Origin: Longimicrobiales bacterium
GTDB lineage: Bacteria; Gemmatimonadota; Gemmatimonadetes; Longimicrobiales; Gaopeijiaceae
Reading direction: 5' to 3'
NCBI GenBank assembly: GCA_041690395.1
Contig: JAWLHJ010000003.1
Location: 576,001 to 640,000, forward strand
DNA length: 64,000 nt
How positions within the stretch are numbered: the stretch's first letter is position 1; each line of letters begins with the position of its first letter. Positions 28,091-37,904 of this stretch are shown here, piece after piece. The position numbers and the translations under genes are program-made. Below the pieces are notes generated by a model. The model did no database searches. It was not told where the DNA came from and saw nothing but the letters and a program-made list of their open reading frames with translations.

Positions 28091-29688
28091 CGAGGAAGCG
28101 CGCAGTCGTGATCGGAAGTGGCTTCGGAGGACTCGCTCTAGCGGCGAGGCTCCAAGCCGCGGGCCTCGACGTCACGCTTCTGGAGAAGCGTGACCAAATC
28201 GGCGGGCGGGCGTACCAGCTACGAGACGGCGGGTACACGTTCGACATGGGTCCGAGCCTCATCACGGCCCCCGACATCATCGACTCGATTTTCAGGGCCG
28301 CGGGCCGACGACTCGAGGACTACGTCGATCTGATGCCGCTCGACCCCTATTACCGCATCTACTTCCACGACGGAACGCACATCGACTATACCGGGGACCA
28401 CGCCGAGATGAAGGCGCAGATGGCGCGCTTCAACCCGGGTGACGCGGAGAACCTCGACCGGTTCCTCGACGCGGTCCGCCCTATCTACGACGCGGTGATC
28501 GGCGACAAGCTGGGCTCGAAGCCGTTCGACACCATCGGGTCGATGATGCGCTTCCTCCCGCGCGTCGCGCGGCTCGGGGCGTACCTCCCGGTCACGACGT
28601 TCGTGAACCGGTTCTTCAAGGACTTCCGGCACCGCTTCATCTACTCGTTCCATCCGCTCTTCGTGGGGGGCAACCCGTTCGACACGCCCTCGATCTACCT
28701 CATGATCCCGTTTCTGGAGCGCGAAGGCGGGGTCTGGTTCACGAAGGGGGGGATGTACTCGGTCGTGGAGGCGCTCGGCCGGCTCCTCATCGAGCAGGGC
28801 GGACGCATCGAGACCGGCCGGGAGGTGCGCGAGATCGTGGTCCGTGACGGTCGCGCGGTCGGCGTGGAGACCGACGGCGGCCGAATCGACGCGGACGTCG
28901 TCGTGAGCAACGCCGACCCGGGCCACACGTACGGCTCGCTGGTGCCGGCAAGACACCGACGCCGCTGGACGGACGGCAAGCTGGCCCGCACCCAGTGGAG
29001 CATGAGCTGCTTCCTGCTCTACATCGGCACGCGCAGGCAGTACCCCAAACTGGCCCACCACACGCTGATCCTCACCGAGCGCTACGAGGGTCTACTCCGC
29101 GACATCTTCGGCGCCAAGGTCCTGCCCGACGACTTCTCGATGTACCTGCACGCGCCGACCCGGTCCGATCCGTCCATGGCACCCCCCGGGGGCGAGAGCA
29201 TGTACGTGCTCGTCCCGGTGGCGAATCAGGCCTCGGGTATCGACTGGAGCGCGCGCAAGCAGGAGTTCACGGACCGCGTGCTCGACGTTCTCGAGGATTG
29301 GGGGCTGGACGACCTGAGGGCCTCGATGGACGTGCTTCACGTCTTCACCCCCGACGACTTCGAGACGCAGCTTAACGCGACGCTCGGGAACGCGTTCGCG
29401 ATCGAGCCGCGCTTCACCCAGACAGCCTGGTTCCGCCCCCACAACCGGAGCGAGGACGTGGAGGGGCTCTATCTGGTAGGCGCGGGCACCCACCCCGGCG
29501 CCGGCGTCCCGGGCGTGCTGCTCAGCGCCGAAGCGACCTACGGCTGCGTCGCCGCCGACCTGGGGCTGCCGGACCAGTGGGACTGGGACGAGCCCGGCAG
29601 GGTGGCGCTCTACTCCACCACTTCGGGTGACGGGCCGTCTTCGACCCGGCCGAGCTGGAAGCGAAGCGATTCCTCGACGCCCTCGTAG
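28087..29688 (+). CDS. crtI: Phytoene desaturase
   Basis: VIGSGFGGL, FDMGPSLIT, LYLVGAGTHPGAGVPGV. Confidence 0.93.
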   Translation: MTRKRAVVIGSGFGGLALAARLQAAGLDVTLLEKRDQIGGRAYQLRDGGYTFDMGPSLITAPDIIDSIFRAAGRRLEDYVDLMPLDPYYRIYFHDGTHIDYTGDHAEMKAQMARFNPGDAENLDRFLDAVRPIYDAVIGDKLGSKPFDTIGSMMRFLPRVARLGAYLPVTTFVNRFFKDFRHRFIYSFHPLFVGGNPFDTPSIYLMIPFLEREGGVWFTKGGMYSVVEALGRLLIEQGGRIETGREVREIVVRDGRAVGVETDGGRIDADVVVSNADPGHTYGSLVPARHRRRWTDGKLARTQWSMSCFLLYIGTRRQYPKLAHHTLILTERYEGLLRDIFGAKVLPDDFSMYLHAPTRSDPSMAPPGGESMYVLVPVANQASGIDWSARKQEFTDRVLDVLEDWGLDDLRASMDVLHVFTPDDFETQLNATLGNAFAIEPRFTQTAWFRPHNRSEDVEGLYLVGAGTHPGAGVPGVLLSAEATYGCVAADLGLPDQWDWDEPGRVALYSTTSGDGPSSTRPSWKRSDSSTPS

Positions 29689-31016
29689 GCGAACCGGAAG
29701 CCCAGCTCCGTCGCCTTCGCCGGCAGCACGCGCTGCCCCCAGAGGAGCGTCTCTTCGCCCATCTGCCCGAACGCGGCCTTCACCGCGAAGCCCGGGATGG
29801 GAATCACCGTGGGCCGGCCGAGGACGCGCCCCAGCGTCGACGTGAAGGTGGCGTTCGTGACCGGATGAGGGGACGTGGCGTTGACCGGTCCGCTGGCGGA
29901 CGGATCGTAAAGCAGGTGCAAGACGAGCGCGACGAGGTCGTCCAGGTCGATCCAGCTCATGTACTGCTCGCCCGAGCCGAGCCGCCCCCCGGCGCCCATC
30001 TTGAACGGAGTGAGCATCTCGCCGAGCGCGCCACCGGCCGGGCTCAGCACGACGCCCGTGCGCAGCCGCACCACCCGAACGCCCGCACGCTCGGCGGATC
30101 GCGTGGCCATCTCCCAGTCACGGCACACCTCGGCCAGGAAGCCCGTGCCGGCTTCGGCTCCCTCACGCAGCGTGGCCGAGCCGCGATTCCCGTAGAAGCC
30201 CACGGCCGAACCTGAAACGAGCGTCCGGGTTCCGCCCTTCAGCTCGGCCAGGGCGCGGGCCAGCAGCTCTGTGCCCTTGACCCGGCTCTCGCGGATGGCC
30301 TGCTTCCGCTCGTCGGTCCAGCGGCCGGGCGCAATCGGCTCGCCGGCCAGATGCACGACGGCATCGACCTCCGCGAGTCCATCGCGGTCGATCTCGCCGC
30401 GACTCGGACTCCAGTAGAGGTCGTCGGGGCCGAGCTCGTCCTTCCGTCGCACGAGCCGGACTACCCGGTGCCCTCCCGTCGTGAGGAACGCCGCGAGGTT
30501 CGAGCCGATCAGCCCGGAGGCTCCCGAGATGGCCACGGTCAGTCGGGGCCGGCCCTCGTGGGCCGCGTGGCGGTCCAGGTCCGTCTGGAGCCGACGGTGC
30601 CGGAACGCGAACATCCGGTCTAGCTCGTGCTCGACCATGGAGGGCACCACCGCCTGACCGGCGAAGCCCAGCGGCGCCTCGAAGTCGACCTCGTCCTCGA
30701 GCAGGGTCCCGCCGTCCTCGGTGGGGAGGAACCGATGCGTATGCTTCCACCGCTTCATCGGCCCGGAGATCTGCTCGTCCGAGAACGCCTGTCCTTCGAC
30801 GAAGTCCCGATGCCGGAGGTGCCAACGAAAGGTCGTCGGCCCTACGCCGACCTCGAGCTCCACCTCCGCGCCATCGCGTATCCCGCCCTCACGCCGGATC
30901 ACGCGGCTGTCGGCCCAAGGGGGTGTCAGCCGCTCCAGCGCCCCGGGGCGCTCGTGCCACGCGAAGACGTCCTTCGGTGCATGGCCTTCGACGATACCTC
31001 GGTAGGTCAGCTTCAA
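29610..31016 (-). CDS. SRPBCC-domain plus TIGR01777 NAD-dependent epimerase-family fusion
   Basis: WHERPGALERLTPPW, W.H.H.F; ISGASGLIG, HLAGEPI, LRTGVVL; TTG start overlapping the upstream TGA. Confidence 0.85.
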   Translation of the reverse strand: MKLTYRGIVEGHAPKDVFAWHERPGALERLTPPWADSRVIRREGGIRDGAEVELEVGVGPTTFRWHLRHRDFVEGQAFSDEQISGPMKRWKHTHRFLPTEDGGTLLEDEVDFEAPLGFAGQAVVPSMVEHELDRMFAFRHRRLQTDLDRHAAHEGRPRLTVAISGASGLIGSNLAAFLTTGGHRVVRLVRRKDELGPDDLYWSPSRGEIDRDGLAEVDAVVHLAGEPIAPGRWTDERKQAIRESRVKGTELLARALAELKGGTRTLVSGSAVGFYGNRGSATLREGAEAGTGFLAEVCRDWEMATRSAERAGVRVVRLRTGVVLSPAGGALGEMLTPFKMGAGGRLGSGEQYMSWIDLDDLVALVLHLLYDPSASGPVNATSPHPVTNATFTSTLGRVLGRPTVIPIPGFAVKAAFGQMGEETLLWGQRVLPAKATELGFRFAYEGVEESLRFQLGRVEDGPSPEVVE

Positions 31017-34000
31017 CGGGTGTTCTCCAGCGAGGGAAAGATCTTTGCGAGGACATCGCCCAGCCCGTCGGGCACCTGCTCGACGGGCACCACGACCGTG
31101 GCCAGGTCCTCGAGCTTCGCACGGACCGCGGGCGGAACCGACGCGCCGGCCCACGCCACGACCGGAAGCCCCTGGTGCGCCCGGTCGCCCCGCACGCGCT
31201 CGAGCAGCTTCACGCCGGCCACGGCCGGAGGCGTCGCGTCGAGGAGCATGGCGTCCGGGACCTCCAGCCGCAGCTCCTCGATGGCCTCGGTCGCGTCGGG
31301 GGCCGTGAAGACGTTCATACCCTTGTCCTTGAGGAACATCACGAGCCGGTCGCGCGCGTCGCCGGGCTCGGCCACGACCAGGATCCGCCCCCCTCCTTCC
31401 TTCCGCATCAGGTGCCGCCAAACCACCCGGAGCAGGTCGTCCCGCTCGAAGGGCTTGGTAATGAGATCGACCGCACCGAGCAGCCTGCCCCGCCCTTCCC
31501 CCGCCACCACGCTGATCACGACGACCGGGATCTGCCTGAGATCCGGATCGGCCTTGATGCGCTTCAGCGCCTCCCAGCCGTTGAGGCCCGGCATGAGCAG
31601 ATCGAGCGTGATGAGGTCGGGTCGGTGGTCCTTCGCGGCAGCGATCCCTTCCTCCCCGCCCGACGCCGTCACGACCTGGCACCCGAACTCCTCGAGGTAG
31701 TGCTGGGCGAGAACGCGCGAGTCGCGCTCGTCGTCGACCACGAGGACCTTGAAGTCCTTCATCGCGGCGGAACGGCGGGGCTCCCCATCGCCGTGCACGA
31801 CGTCGGCCGTGCCGTTCCCGTCGAAGCTCCCGTCGTCGCCCGCGGAGGGCGCCATCGCCGCGGCGGCGAAATCCCGGGCCGTCGCCGGGGCCGCCTCCGC
31901 CGGATGCCGGCGAACCGACTCGACTCGCTCTTCCTCACGCACCGGCCGCCCCGCGCGCTCGCCCAGGACGATCCGGAAGGTCGATCCTTCTCCGACCTTG
32001 GACTCCACGAGGAGGTCGTACCCCATGAGCAGACAGATCGACCGAGACAGCGCCAGGCCGAGGCCCGTGCCGCCGTATTTGCGTGACGTGCCGGCCTCGG
32101 CCTGTTGGAACGCCTGGAAGATGGCTTCGAGCCGGTCTTCGGGGATGCCGATGCCGGTATCCACCACGGCAATGGCCGTCGGCGTCCTCCCGTCGGCCGC
32201 TGTCTCGAGCCGGACGGTCACGGACCCCTCCTCGGTGAACTTGAGGGCGTTGCCGACCAGGTTGATGATCACCTGCTTCAGCTTGGCCGAGTCGGTCTGC
32301 ACGAGCGCCACGTCGGGCGGCACCTCGCTCAACAGCCTGACCGCACCGTCCTTCGTCCTGGCCTGGCCCTCGAGCTGCTGGACGGTCTCGACGCAGAGCT
32401 CGCCGAGATCCACGTCCTCGATGATGAGCTCCATGCGACCGGCCTCCACCTTGGCCAGGTCGAGCACCTCGTTGATCAACGCGAGCAGGTGCTTGCCGTT
32501 CGAGAGGACCCGGTCCAGGAAGCCCACGTCCTTCTCGTTCAGCCGGCCGTCCTTGTTCTTCAGCAGGATGTTGGTGAAGCCGATGACGGAGTTGAGCGGG
32601 GTCCGGAGCTCGTGGCTCATGTTGGCCAGGAAGTCGCTCTTGGCCTTGTTGGCCGCCTCCGCTTCGTCCTTGGCCACCCGCAGCGCCTCCTCGGCGCGAA
32701 CCCGGGGCGTGACGTCCTTTCCGAAGAAGACGGCTCCCGACACGCCCTCGAGCGACTGGATCGGGTTGGCGTAAAGCTCGAAGTACCGGAGCTGGCCGTC
32801 GACCTCGTCCGTCCGCAGGGCGACGTGGCGCTCACCGCCGAGCGTCCGCTCGTAGAGCGCCTGGTACCAGGGCAGATCCTCCGGGGGGAAGAGCTGCTCG
32901 GGCAGCTGGCCCACTCCGGGCTCGTTGCCGCTGCGCGCCTCCATGGCGAGCGCGAACGCCGAGTTGAACGTGATGAGCCGGTGGTCCCGGTCGACGGACC
33001 AGATGGAGTCTCCCGTGTTCTCGACGAGGGCGCCGAGGTTGGCGCGAGACTCCGCGAGCTGCCGTTCCGCGAGACGCTGCTCGGTGACGTCCCGGAGGAT
33101 GCCCTGCGTGGCCACGGGCTCGCCGTTCACGAGCTGCGCCTGCGCGCTGCCGGAAAGGATCACCACCCGACCGTCCTTGGCCACGTACTCGACGTTGAAC
33201 CTTCTCGGCCGCTCCCCCGACACCACCCGGTCGAACTCCTCTCGTAGCGTGTCCCGGTGATCGGGACGCACGATGTCGAAGAGATCGAGACGGTCCAGGT
33301 CTTCGTCGTCGTAACCGAGCACGCGCTTCCAGGAGCTGTTGACGTACAGGATACGCCCATCCCGTGTAACGCTCTGGATGAGATCGTTGGCGTTGTCCAG
33401 GAACTCCTGGAGCCGTTGGTTGCTCTCCTTGACCGCCTCTTCGGTGCGCGACCGGACCGCGATCTCGCGCGCGAGGCGGTCATTGCTCTCCGTGAGCGCC
33501 CCGAGCACCTGCCCCTCGCGCCGGAACGTGACATAGACGCTGGACAGGAGACCCGTCAGGATGGCGGCGTGGGACGCGATCTTGAGCAGGTGGGCGGCAT
33601 CGTACATCGCGTCGAAGCGCTGATACGAGAACGCCATGAAGCCCGCGTGCACGAGCCCCGAGATGAGGAGCGAGACCAGCAGCCAGTGGTCGAAGACGTC
33701 CCGGCGCCAACTCCGCTTCCCCAGGAAGCCGACGAACGCCAGGAGGAAGAAGAGTGCCGGAAGGAACTCACCCGGGCGGGTGACGACCCGCGTCGGGAAC
33801 GTGAGCGACGACAGCGGCACGTTCTCGAAGAAGAGGAGATTCAGGAGCGTGAGCGCGAACGCGCTCCCGTATACCGACGCCTCGTTGATGGCTTCGCTGC
33901 CGTCGGCCTCGTCGTCCTCACGCACCTCCTGCCGCCAGGCCAGGAGGCTGACGAAGAGGAACAGGGAGAGGAACACCCTCTCCGCCGTCCAGCTCCACGC

Positions 34001-34453
34001 GAACAGGGTGGCATCGTCCACGCCCGGGTGCCGCGCGGCCAGCGCTCCCACGAGCGCTTCGCTCGTAATGAGCGTGTGGTTGAGGTTGAGGATCGCCGCG
34101 CCCAGGAACCCCGTCCCGATGAGCAGGAAGGTCGCCTGCTTGCGACTGTAGTAGCGGACCAGCGCGAGTGCGCCGATGAGCGCCGCGAGCACGGTGGAGA
34201 TCGACTCCATGACCGTGTGCGCGGTCGGGCCCGTGCTCCACACCAGATTCTCGCGGAGCACGAACGCTCCGGCGAGCAGCACGACGAACAGCACGCCGTA
34301 GAGGATGACGTGCTCGGCGCCCCGGTCCGGACCGGCGAGCGCCTCCTCCGTGACGGGCGCGACCAACGGCGAGCCGTCCCCAGGGGCCGAAGCGGCTCCC
34401 CCCGGGTGGTCGGTCACCGGGCCGGCCGGTGTCAGTCGGTCGGGGTCAGCCAA
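31013..34453 (-). CDS. Hybrid sensor histidine kinase (MASE3-like membrane domain, 2 PAS, HisKA, HATPase, REC plus degenerate REC)
   Basis: ANMSHELRTPLN, NLVGNALKFT, DTGIGI, GGTGLGL, ITLDLLMP. Confidence 0.92.
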   Translation of the reverse strand: MADPDRLTPAGPVTDHPGGAASAPGDGSPLVAPVTEEALAGPDRGAEHVILYGVLFVVLLAGAFVLRENLVWSTGPTAHTVMESISTVLAALIGALALVRYYSRKQATFLLIGTGFLGAAILNLNHTLITSEALVGALAARHPGVDDATLFAWSWTAERVFLSLFLFVSLLAWRQEVREDDEADGSEAINEASVYGSAFALTLLNLLFFENVPLSSLTFPTRVVTRPGEFLPALFFLLAFVGFLGKRSWRRDVFDHWLLVSLLISGLVHAGFMAFSYQRFDAMYDAAHLLKIASHAAILTGLLSSVYVTFRREGQVLGALTESNDRLAREIAVRSRTEEAVKESNQRLQEFLDNANDLIQSVTRDGRILYVNSSWKRVLGYDDEDLDRLDLFDIVRPDHRDTLREEFDRVVSGERPRRFNVEYVAKDGRVVILSGSAQAQLVNGEPVATQGILRDVTEQRLAERQLAESRANLGALVENTGDSIWSVDRDHRLITFNSAFALAMEARSGNEPGVGQLPEQLFPPEDLPWYQALYERTLGGERHVALRTDEVDGQLRYFELYANPIQSLEGVSGAVFFGKDVTPRVRAEEALRVAKDEAEAANKAKSDFLANMSHELRTPLNSVIGFTNILLKNKDGRLNEKDVGFLDRVLSNGKHLLALINEVLDLAKVEAGRMELIIEDVDLGELCVETVQQLEGQARTKDGAVRLLSEVPPDVALVQTDSAKLKQVIINLVGNALKFTEEGSVTVRLETAADGRTPTAIAVVDTGIGIPEDRLEAIFQAFQQAEAGTSRKYGGTGLGLALSRSICLLMGYDLLVESKVGEGSTFRIVLGERAGRPVREEERVESVRRHPAEAAPATARDFAAAAMAPSAGDDGSFDGNGTADVVHGDGEPRRSAAMKDFKVLVVDDERDSRVLAQHYLEEFGCQVVTASGGEEGIAAAKDHRPDLITLDLLMPGLNGWEALKRIKADPDLRQIPVVVISVVAGEGRGRLLGAVDLITKPFERDDLLRVVWRHLMRKEGGGRILVVAEPGDARDRLVMFLKDKGMNVFTAPDATEAIEELRLEVPDAMLLDATPPAVAGVKLLERVRGDRAHQGLPVVAWAGASVPPAVRAKLEDLATVVVPVEQVPDGLGDVLAKIFPSLENTR

Positions 34454-34806
34454 CGCTCGATCGCGCCGATGAGGACGTCCTCGTCCACGATCGGTTTGGT
34501 GACGTAGTCGTTGAACCCCGCGGCGAGGTACTTTTCACGGTCTCCCGCCATGGCGTGGGCGGTCAGCGCGATGACCGGCAGATCCTTGAGCGACGGCTGC
34601 TGCCGGATCCAGGCGAGCACCTCGGTCCCGTCCATCTCGGGAAGCGAGATGTCGAGCAGGATCAGGTCCGGCACATCGTCACCGAGCCGGGCGACTGCGT
34701 CGACGCCGGACTCATACTCGGAGATGTCGTAGCGGTCCTCGAGGAGCGCCTGGACGAGCATCCGGTTGTCCGGGTTGTCCTCGATGACGGCGACCTTATG
34801 ACTCAT
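34432..34806 (-). CDS. Single-domain response regulator (DivK-like)
   Basis: IEDN, LLDISLP, ALTAHAM, TKP. Confidence 0.9.
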   Translation of the reverse strand: MSHKVAVIEDNPDNRMLVQALLEDRYDISEYESGVDAVARLGDDVPDLILLDISLPEMDGTEVLAWIRQQPSLKDLPVIALTAHAMAGDREKYLAAGFNDYVTKPIVDEDVLIGAIERWLTPTD

Positions 34807-35161
34807 TGTGGATTCCTCGTTCGATCGATTCGAGTTCGGTGACTGCGGCCGCGAACGCTTCCTCGAGGCCCGGCAGGCTCTCCACGACCGGAGCCATCTG
34901 CCCGTCGGCCGCGGCGAGCTCGATGGCGGCGGCGAGGGTACGCACGCGCTCGGCTCCGAGATTCGCGGCGCTCGACTTGAGGGAGTGCGCGCCCATCTCC
35001 GCCTCCCGGATCAGGTCGTCGCGCACGCCGACGCGGATCTGCTCGACCCGCTGGCCGGCGTTGCTGATGAAGAGCCGGATCATCTGGGCGACGAGCTTGT
35101 CGCCCCCCCACTCCCGTAGGCGGTCGAGCGCCTGGGGATCGATCGACGGTGCCTGCGTCAT
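34796..35161 (-). CDS. Hpt phosphotransfer protein
   Basis: AHSLKSSAANLGA. Confidence 0.9.
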   Translation of the reverse strand: MTQAPSIDPQALDRLREWGGDKLVAQMIRLFISNAGQRVEQIRVGVRDDLIREAEMGAHSLKSSAANLGAERVRTLAAAIELAAADGQMAPVVESLPGLEEAFAAAVTELESIERGIHNES

Positions 35162-35814
35162 GGCGTCCTCGCGTTGCGGATGGCGCGGACACCGGCCGCC
35201 GCGCCGTCGGGGTGACCATAAACGGCCGATCCGGCCACGAGCACGGTGGCGCCGGCATCCACGAGGGTCGCGGCGTTCGAACGGTCCACGCCTCCGTCCA
35301 CCTCCAATTCGGCCCCGGAGCCGGCCTCGTCGAGCATGCGGCGGGCGCTCGCCACCTTCTCGACGCTGCGCTCGATGAACGCCTGTCCTCCGAAGCCGGG
35401 ATTGACGCTCATGATCAGGAGCAGATCGAGCTCGTCGAGCACCTCACCGACCGCTTCGATCGGCGTGGCCGGATTCAGCGCCACGCCCGCCTTCGACCCG
35501 GCCTGGCGGATCCTCTGGAGCGTGCGGTGCAGATGCCGGCACGCCTCGGCGTGGACCGTGATCACGTCCGCTCCCGCCTCGGCGAAGGCGTCCACGTACC
35601 GGTCGGGATCCTCGATCATGAGGTGCACGTCCAGCGGAAGCTCGGTGGCCCGACGGGCTCCTTCGACCACCACCGGTCCGATCGTGATGTTAGGCACGAA
35701 GTGGCCGTCCATGACGTCGACGTGGATCCAGTCGGCACCGCCGGCCTCCACGGCCGCGATCTCCTCGCCGAGCCGCCCGAAATCGCTCGACAGGATGGAC
35801 GGAGCGATCTTCAA
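35158..35814 (-). CDS. rpe: Ribulose-phosphate 3-epimerase
   Basis: IAPSILS, HVDVMDGHFVPN, MSVNPGFGGQ, VDGG; TTG start. Confidence 0.95.
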   Translation of the reverse strand: MKIAPSILSSDFGRLGEEIAAVEAGGADWIHVDVMDGHFVPNITIGPVVVEGARRATELPLDVHLMIEDPDRYVDAFAEAGADVITVHAEACRHLHRTLQRIRQAGSKAGVALNPATPIEAVGEVLDELDLLLIMSVNPGFGGQAFIERSVEKVASARRMLDEAGSGAELEVDGGVDRSNAATLVDAGATVLVAGSAVYGHPDGAAAGVRAIRNARTP

Positions 35815-36515
35815 GGATCTCTCCTCATGACGCGGACGCCCTGGCGTGACGCGATCACGACCTCGTGGGCGAGCCCCAGGAAGAGTCCCGTTTCGACCAC
35901 ACCGGCTCGCGCCTGGAGCGCACGGTCGAGCGCTCGCGGATCGGGGATCCCGTCGGCGAACCGGCAGTCGAGGACCACGTTGCCGTTGTCGCTCGTGAAG
36001 GGGGTGCCGTCCTCGCCCCGGCGCACCGTAACCTCCGCGCCGTTCGCGGTGAGGAAGTCGATGTGGGACTCGTGCTCCCACGCCACGACCTCGACGGGCA
36101 ACGGCGAGCGCGTCCCGAGCCTGTCGACGCTCTTGCTGTCGTCCGCGATGATGAGCAGGTGGTCCGCGGCCTGGGCGACCATCTTCTCGCGTAGCAACGC
36201 ACCGCCCATCCCCTTGATGAGATCGGTATTGGGGTCGACCTCGTCGGTCCCGTCGACGGCGAGGTCGAGCCGCGCATGGGCGGCCAGCGACACCAGCGGG
36301 ATCCCCAGGCGCCGGGCCTCGGACTCGGTCCAGAGGGACGTCGGCACGCCCGCCACGTCCTGGACCCGGCCGGTCTTCAAGCGCTCCCCGAGCAGCTCGA
36401 GGAAATGGGCGACGGTGCTCCCGGTCCCGAGGCCGAGACGCATCCCGCTCTCTACGTGGTTGGCCGCCTGCTCGGCGGCCAGTCTCTTGAGGTCTTCGGC
36501 GGTCACCGAATCCAT
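35811..36515 (-). CDS. rpiA: Ribose-5-phosphate isomerase A
   Basis: GLGTGST, DGTDEVD, IKGMGGALLREK, DNGN, GVVETGLF. Confidence 0.95.
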   Translation of the reverse strand: MDSVTAEDLKRLAAEQAANHVESGMRLGLGTGSTVAHFLELLGERLKTGRVQDVAGVPTSLWTESEARRLGIPLVSLAAHARLDLAVDGTDEVDPNTDLIKGMGGALLREKMVAQAADHLLIIADDSKSVDRLGTRSPLPVEVVAWEHESHIDFLTANGAEVTVRRGEDGTPFTSDNGNVVLDCRFADGIPDPRALDRALQARAGVVETGLFLGLAHEVVIASRQGVRVMRRDP

Positions 36516-36638
36516 GGTCGCGCGCGCTCCCGGGTACGGTCTCTGAAGGCAGGTCGCGCCGGATCCCCCGAGGGGGCCGCGCCGCGAAGTCCACGCAATG
36601 TACCCACGCCCCGGTGGGCATTCCAGCCACGGCCAGGG

Positions 36639-36668
36639 TTGACAACGGCAACCGACCGCGGCGATGGT
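36639..36668 (+). promoter_or_regulatory. Sigma70-type promoter for the aroF leader
   Basis: TTGACA (36639-36644), 18-bp spacer, GATGGT (36663-36668), then 6 nt to the leader ATG. Confidence 0.6.
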
Positions 36669-36674
36669 AGCGAC

Positions 36675-36752
36675 ATGGATCGCGCACTCACCCACGGCTA
36701 CTGGTATTACGCTCGCCCCCTCCCGGGAGCAGGCGTCCTCGTGCGCGACTGA
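36675..36752 (+). CDS. Aromatic-amino-acid attenuator leader peptide MDRALTHGYWYYARPLPGAGVLVRD
   Basis: YWYY cluster at 36699-36710 upstream of a terminator and aroF. Confidence 0.8.
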   Translation: MDRALTHGYWYYARPLPGAGVLVRD

Positions 36753-36778
36753 GCCACAGTCCCTACCGCGACGCTTCG

Positions 36779-36808
36779 AAGCTCCCGACCTGGTCGGGGG
36801 CTTTTTTT
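36779..36808 (+). terminator. Intrinsic attenuator terminator upstream of aroF
   Basis: AAGCTCCCGAC-CTG-GTCGGGGGCTT stem followed by a T-tract. Confidence 0.85.
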
Positions 36809-36854
36809 GTGCCTTCGAGCAACGGGACCCGAGCGCCAAATCAAAGGAAGCTAC

Positions 36855-37904
36855 ATGATCATCGTCACCGTGCCGGGCGCCACAGACGCCCAGATCGACC
36901 ATATCAGGGAGCGCGTGGAAGCCGCGGGGCTCCGCACCCACCTCTCCCGAGGGGAGCACCGCACCGTCATCGGCTGCGTCGGCGACGAGGTGCTCCTCCA
37001 GAACGTACCGCTCCTGTCGATTCCAGGTGTCGACACCGTGCACCCGGTTTTGAAGCCCTACAAGCTCGCCTCGCGTGAGTTCGTCGCCGAGGCCACCCGC
37101 ATCCCCCTCGGTGCCGGCGAGCTGGGCGGTCCCGAGGTGCTCGTCATCGCAGGACCTTGCTCCGTCGAAGGGCCGGAGATGCTGTCCCGCACGGCGGAGC
37201 GGGTCGGCGCCGCGGGCGCCGGAGCGCTCCGAGGCGGCGCCTTCAAGCCGCGTACGTCGCCGTACTCCTTCCAGGGCCTCGGAAAGCGGGGCCTCGAGCT
37301 GCTCGCCGAGGTACGCGAGCAGACGGGACTCCCCGTCGTCACCGAAGTCATGGACACGCGCCAGGTCGAGCTCGTCGCGTCGTACGCCGACGTCCTGCAG
37401 ATCGGCGCGCGGAACATGCAGAACTTTCCGCTGTTGACCGAGGTCGGCCGGCTCCGGCGCCCGGTGCTCCTCAAGCGCGGCCTGTCCGCCACGCTGAAGG
37501 ATCTCCTCCTGGCCGCCGAGTACGTGATGAGCCAGGGGAACCCCAACGTCATCCTCTGCGAGCGGGGCATCCGCACGTTCGGCACCGAGACCCGGAACAC
37601 CTTCGACCTGGCGGCGATTCCCGTGCTGAAGCGCGAGACGCACCTCCCGGTCATCGCCGACCCGTCCCATGCCGGAGGACGCAGCCATCTCGTGCCCGCG
37701 CTGAGCTACGCGGCGGTGGCCGCCGGTGCGGACGGCCTGATGATCGAGGTGCACCCGGATCCCGAGAACGCGACCTCGGACGGCGATCAGTCGCTCGACT
37801 TCGACGCGTTCGACGCGCTCATGGACGGGCTTCGTCCCTTCGTGGACGCGGCGGGCAGATCGCTCCGCTCCGCTTCGATCCGCTCGGCGGCGAGCGCGAG
37901 CTGA
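36855..37904 (+). CDS. aroF: DAHP synthase type I-beta with N-terminal regulatory domain
   Basis: [43 protein letters not shown]. Confidence 0.93.
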   Translation: MIIVTVPGATDAQIDHIRERVEAAGLRTHLSRGEHRTVIGCVGDEVLLQNVPLLSIPGVDTVHPVLKPYKLASREFVAEATRIPLGAGELGGPEVLVIAGPCSVEGPEMLSRTAERVGAAGAGALRGGAFKPRTSPYSFQGLGKRGLELLAEVREQTGLPVVTEVMDTRQVELVASYADVLQIGARNMQNFPLLTEVGRLRRPVLLKRGLSATLKDLLLAAEYVMSQGNPNVILCERGIRTFGTETRNTFDLAAIPVLKRETHLPVIADPSHAGGRSHLVPALSYAAVAAGADGLMIEVHPDPENATSDGDQSLDFDAFDALMDGLRPFVDAAGRSLRSASIRSAASAS

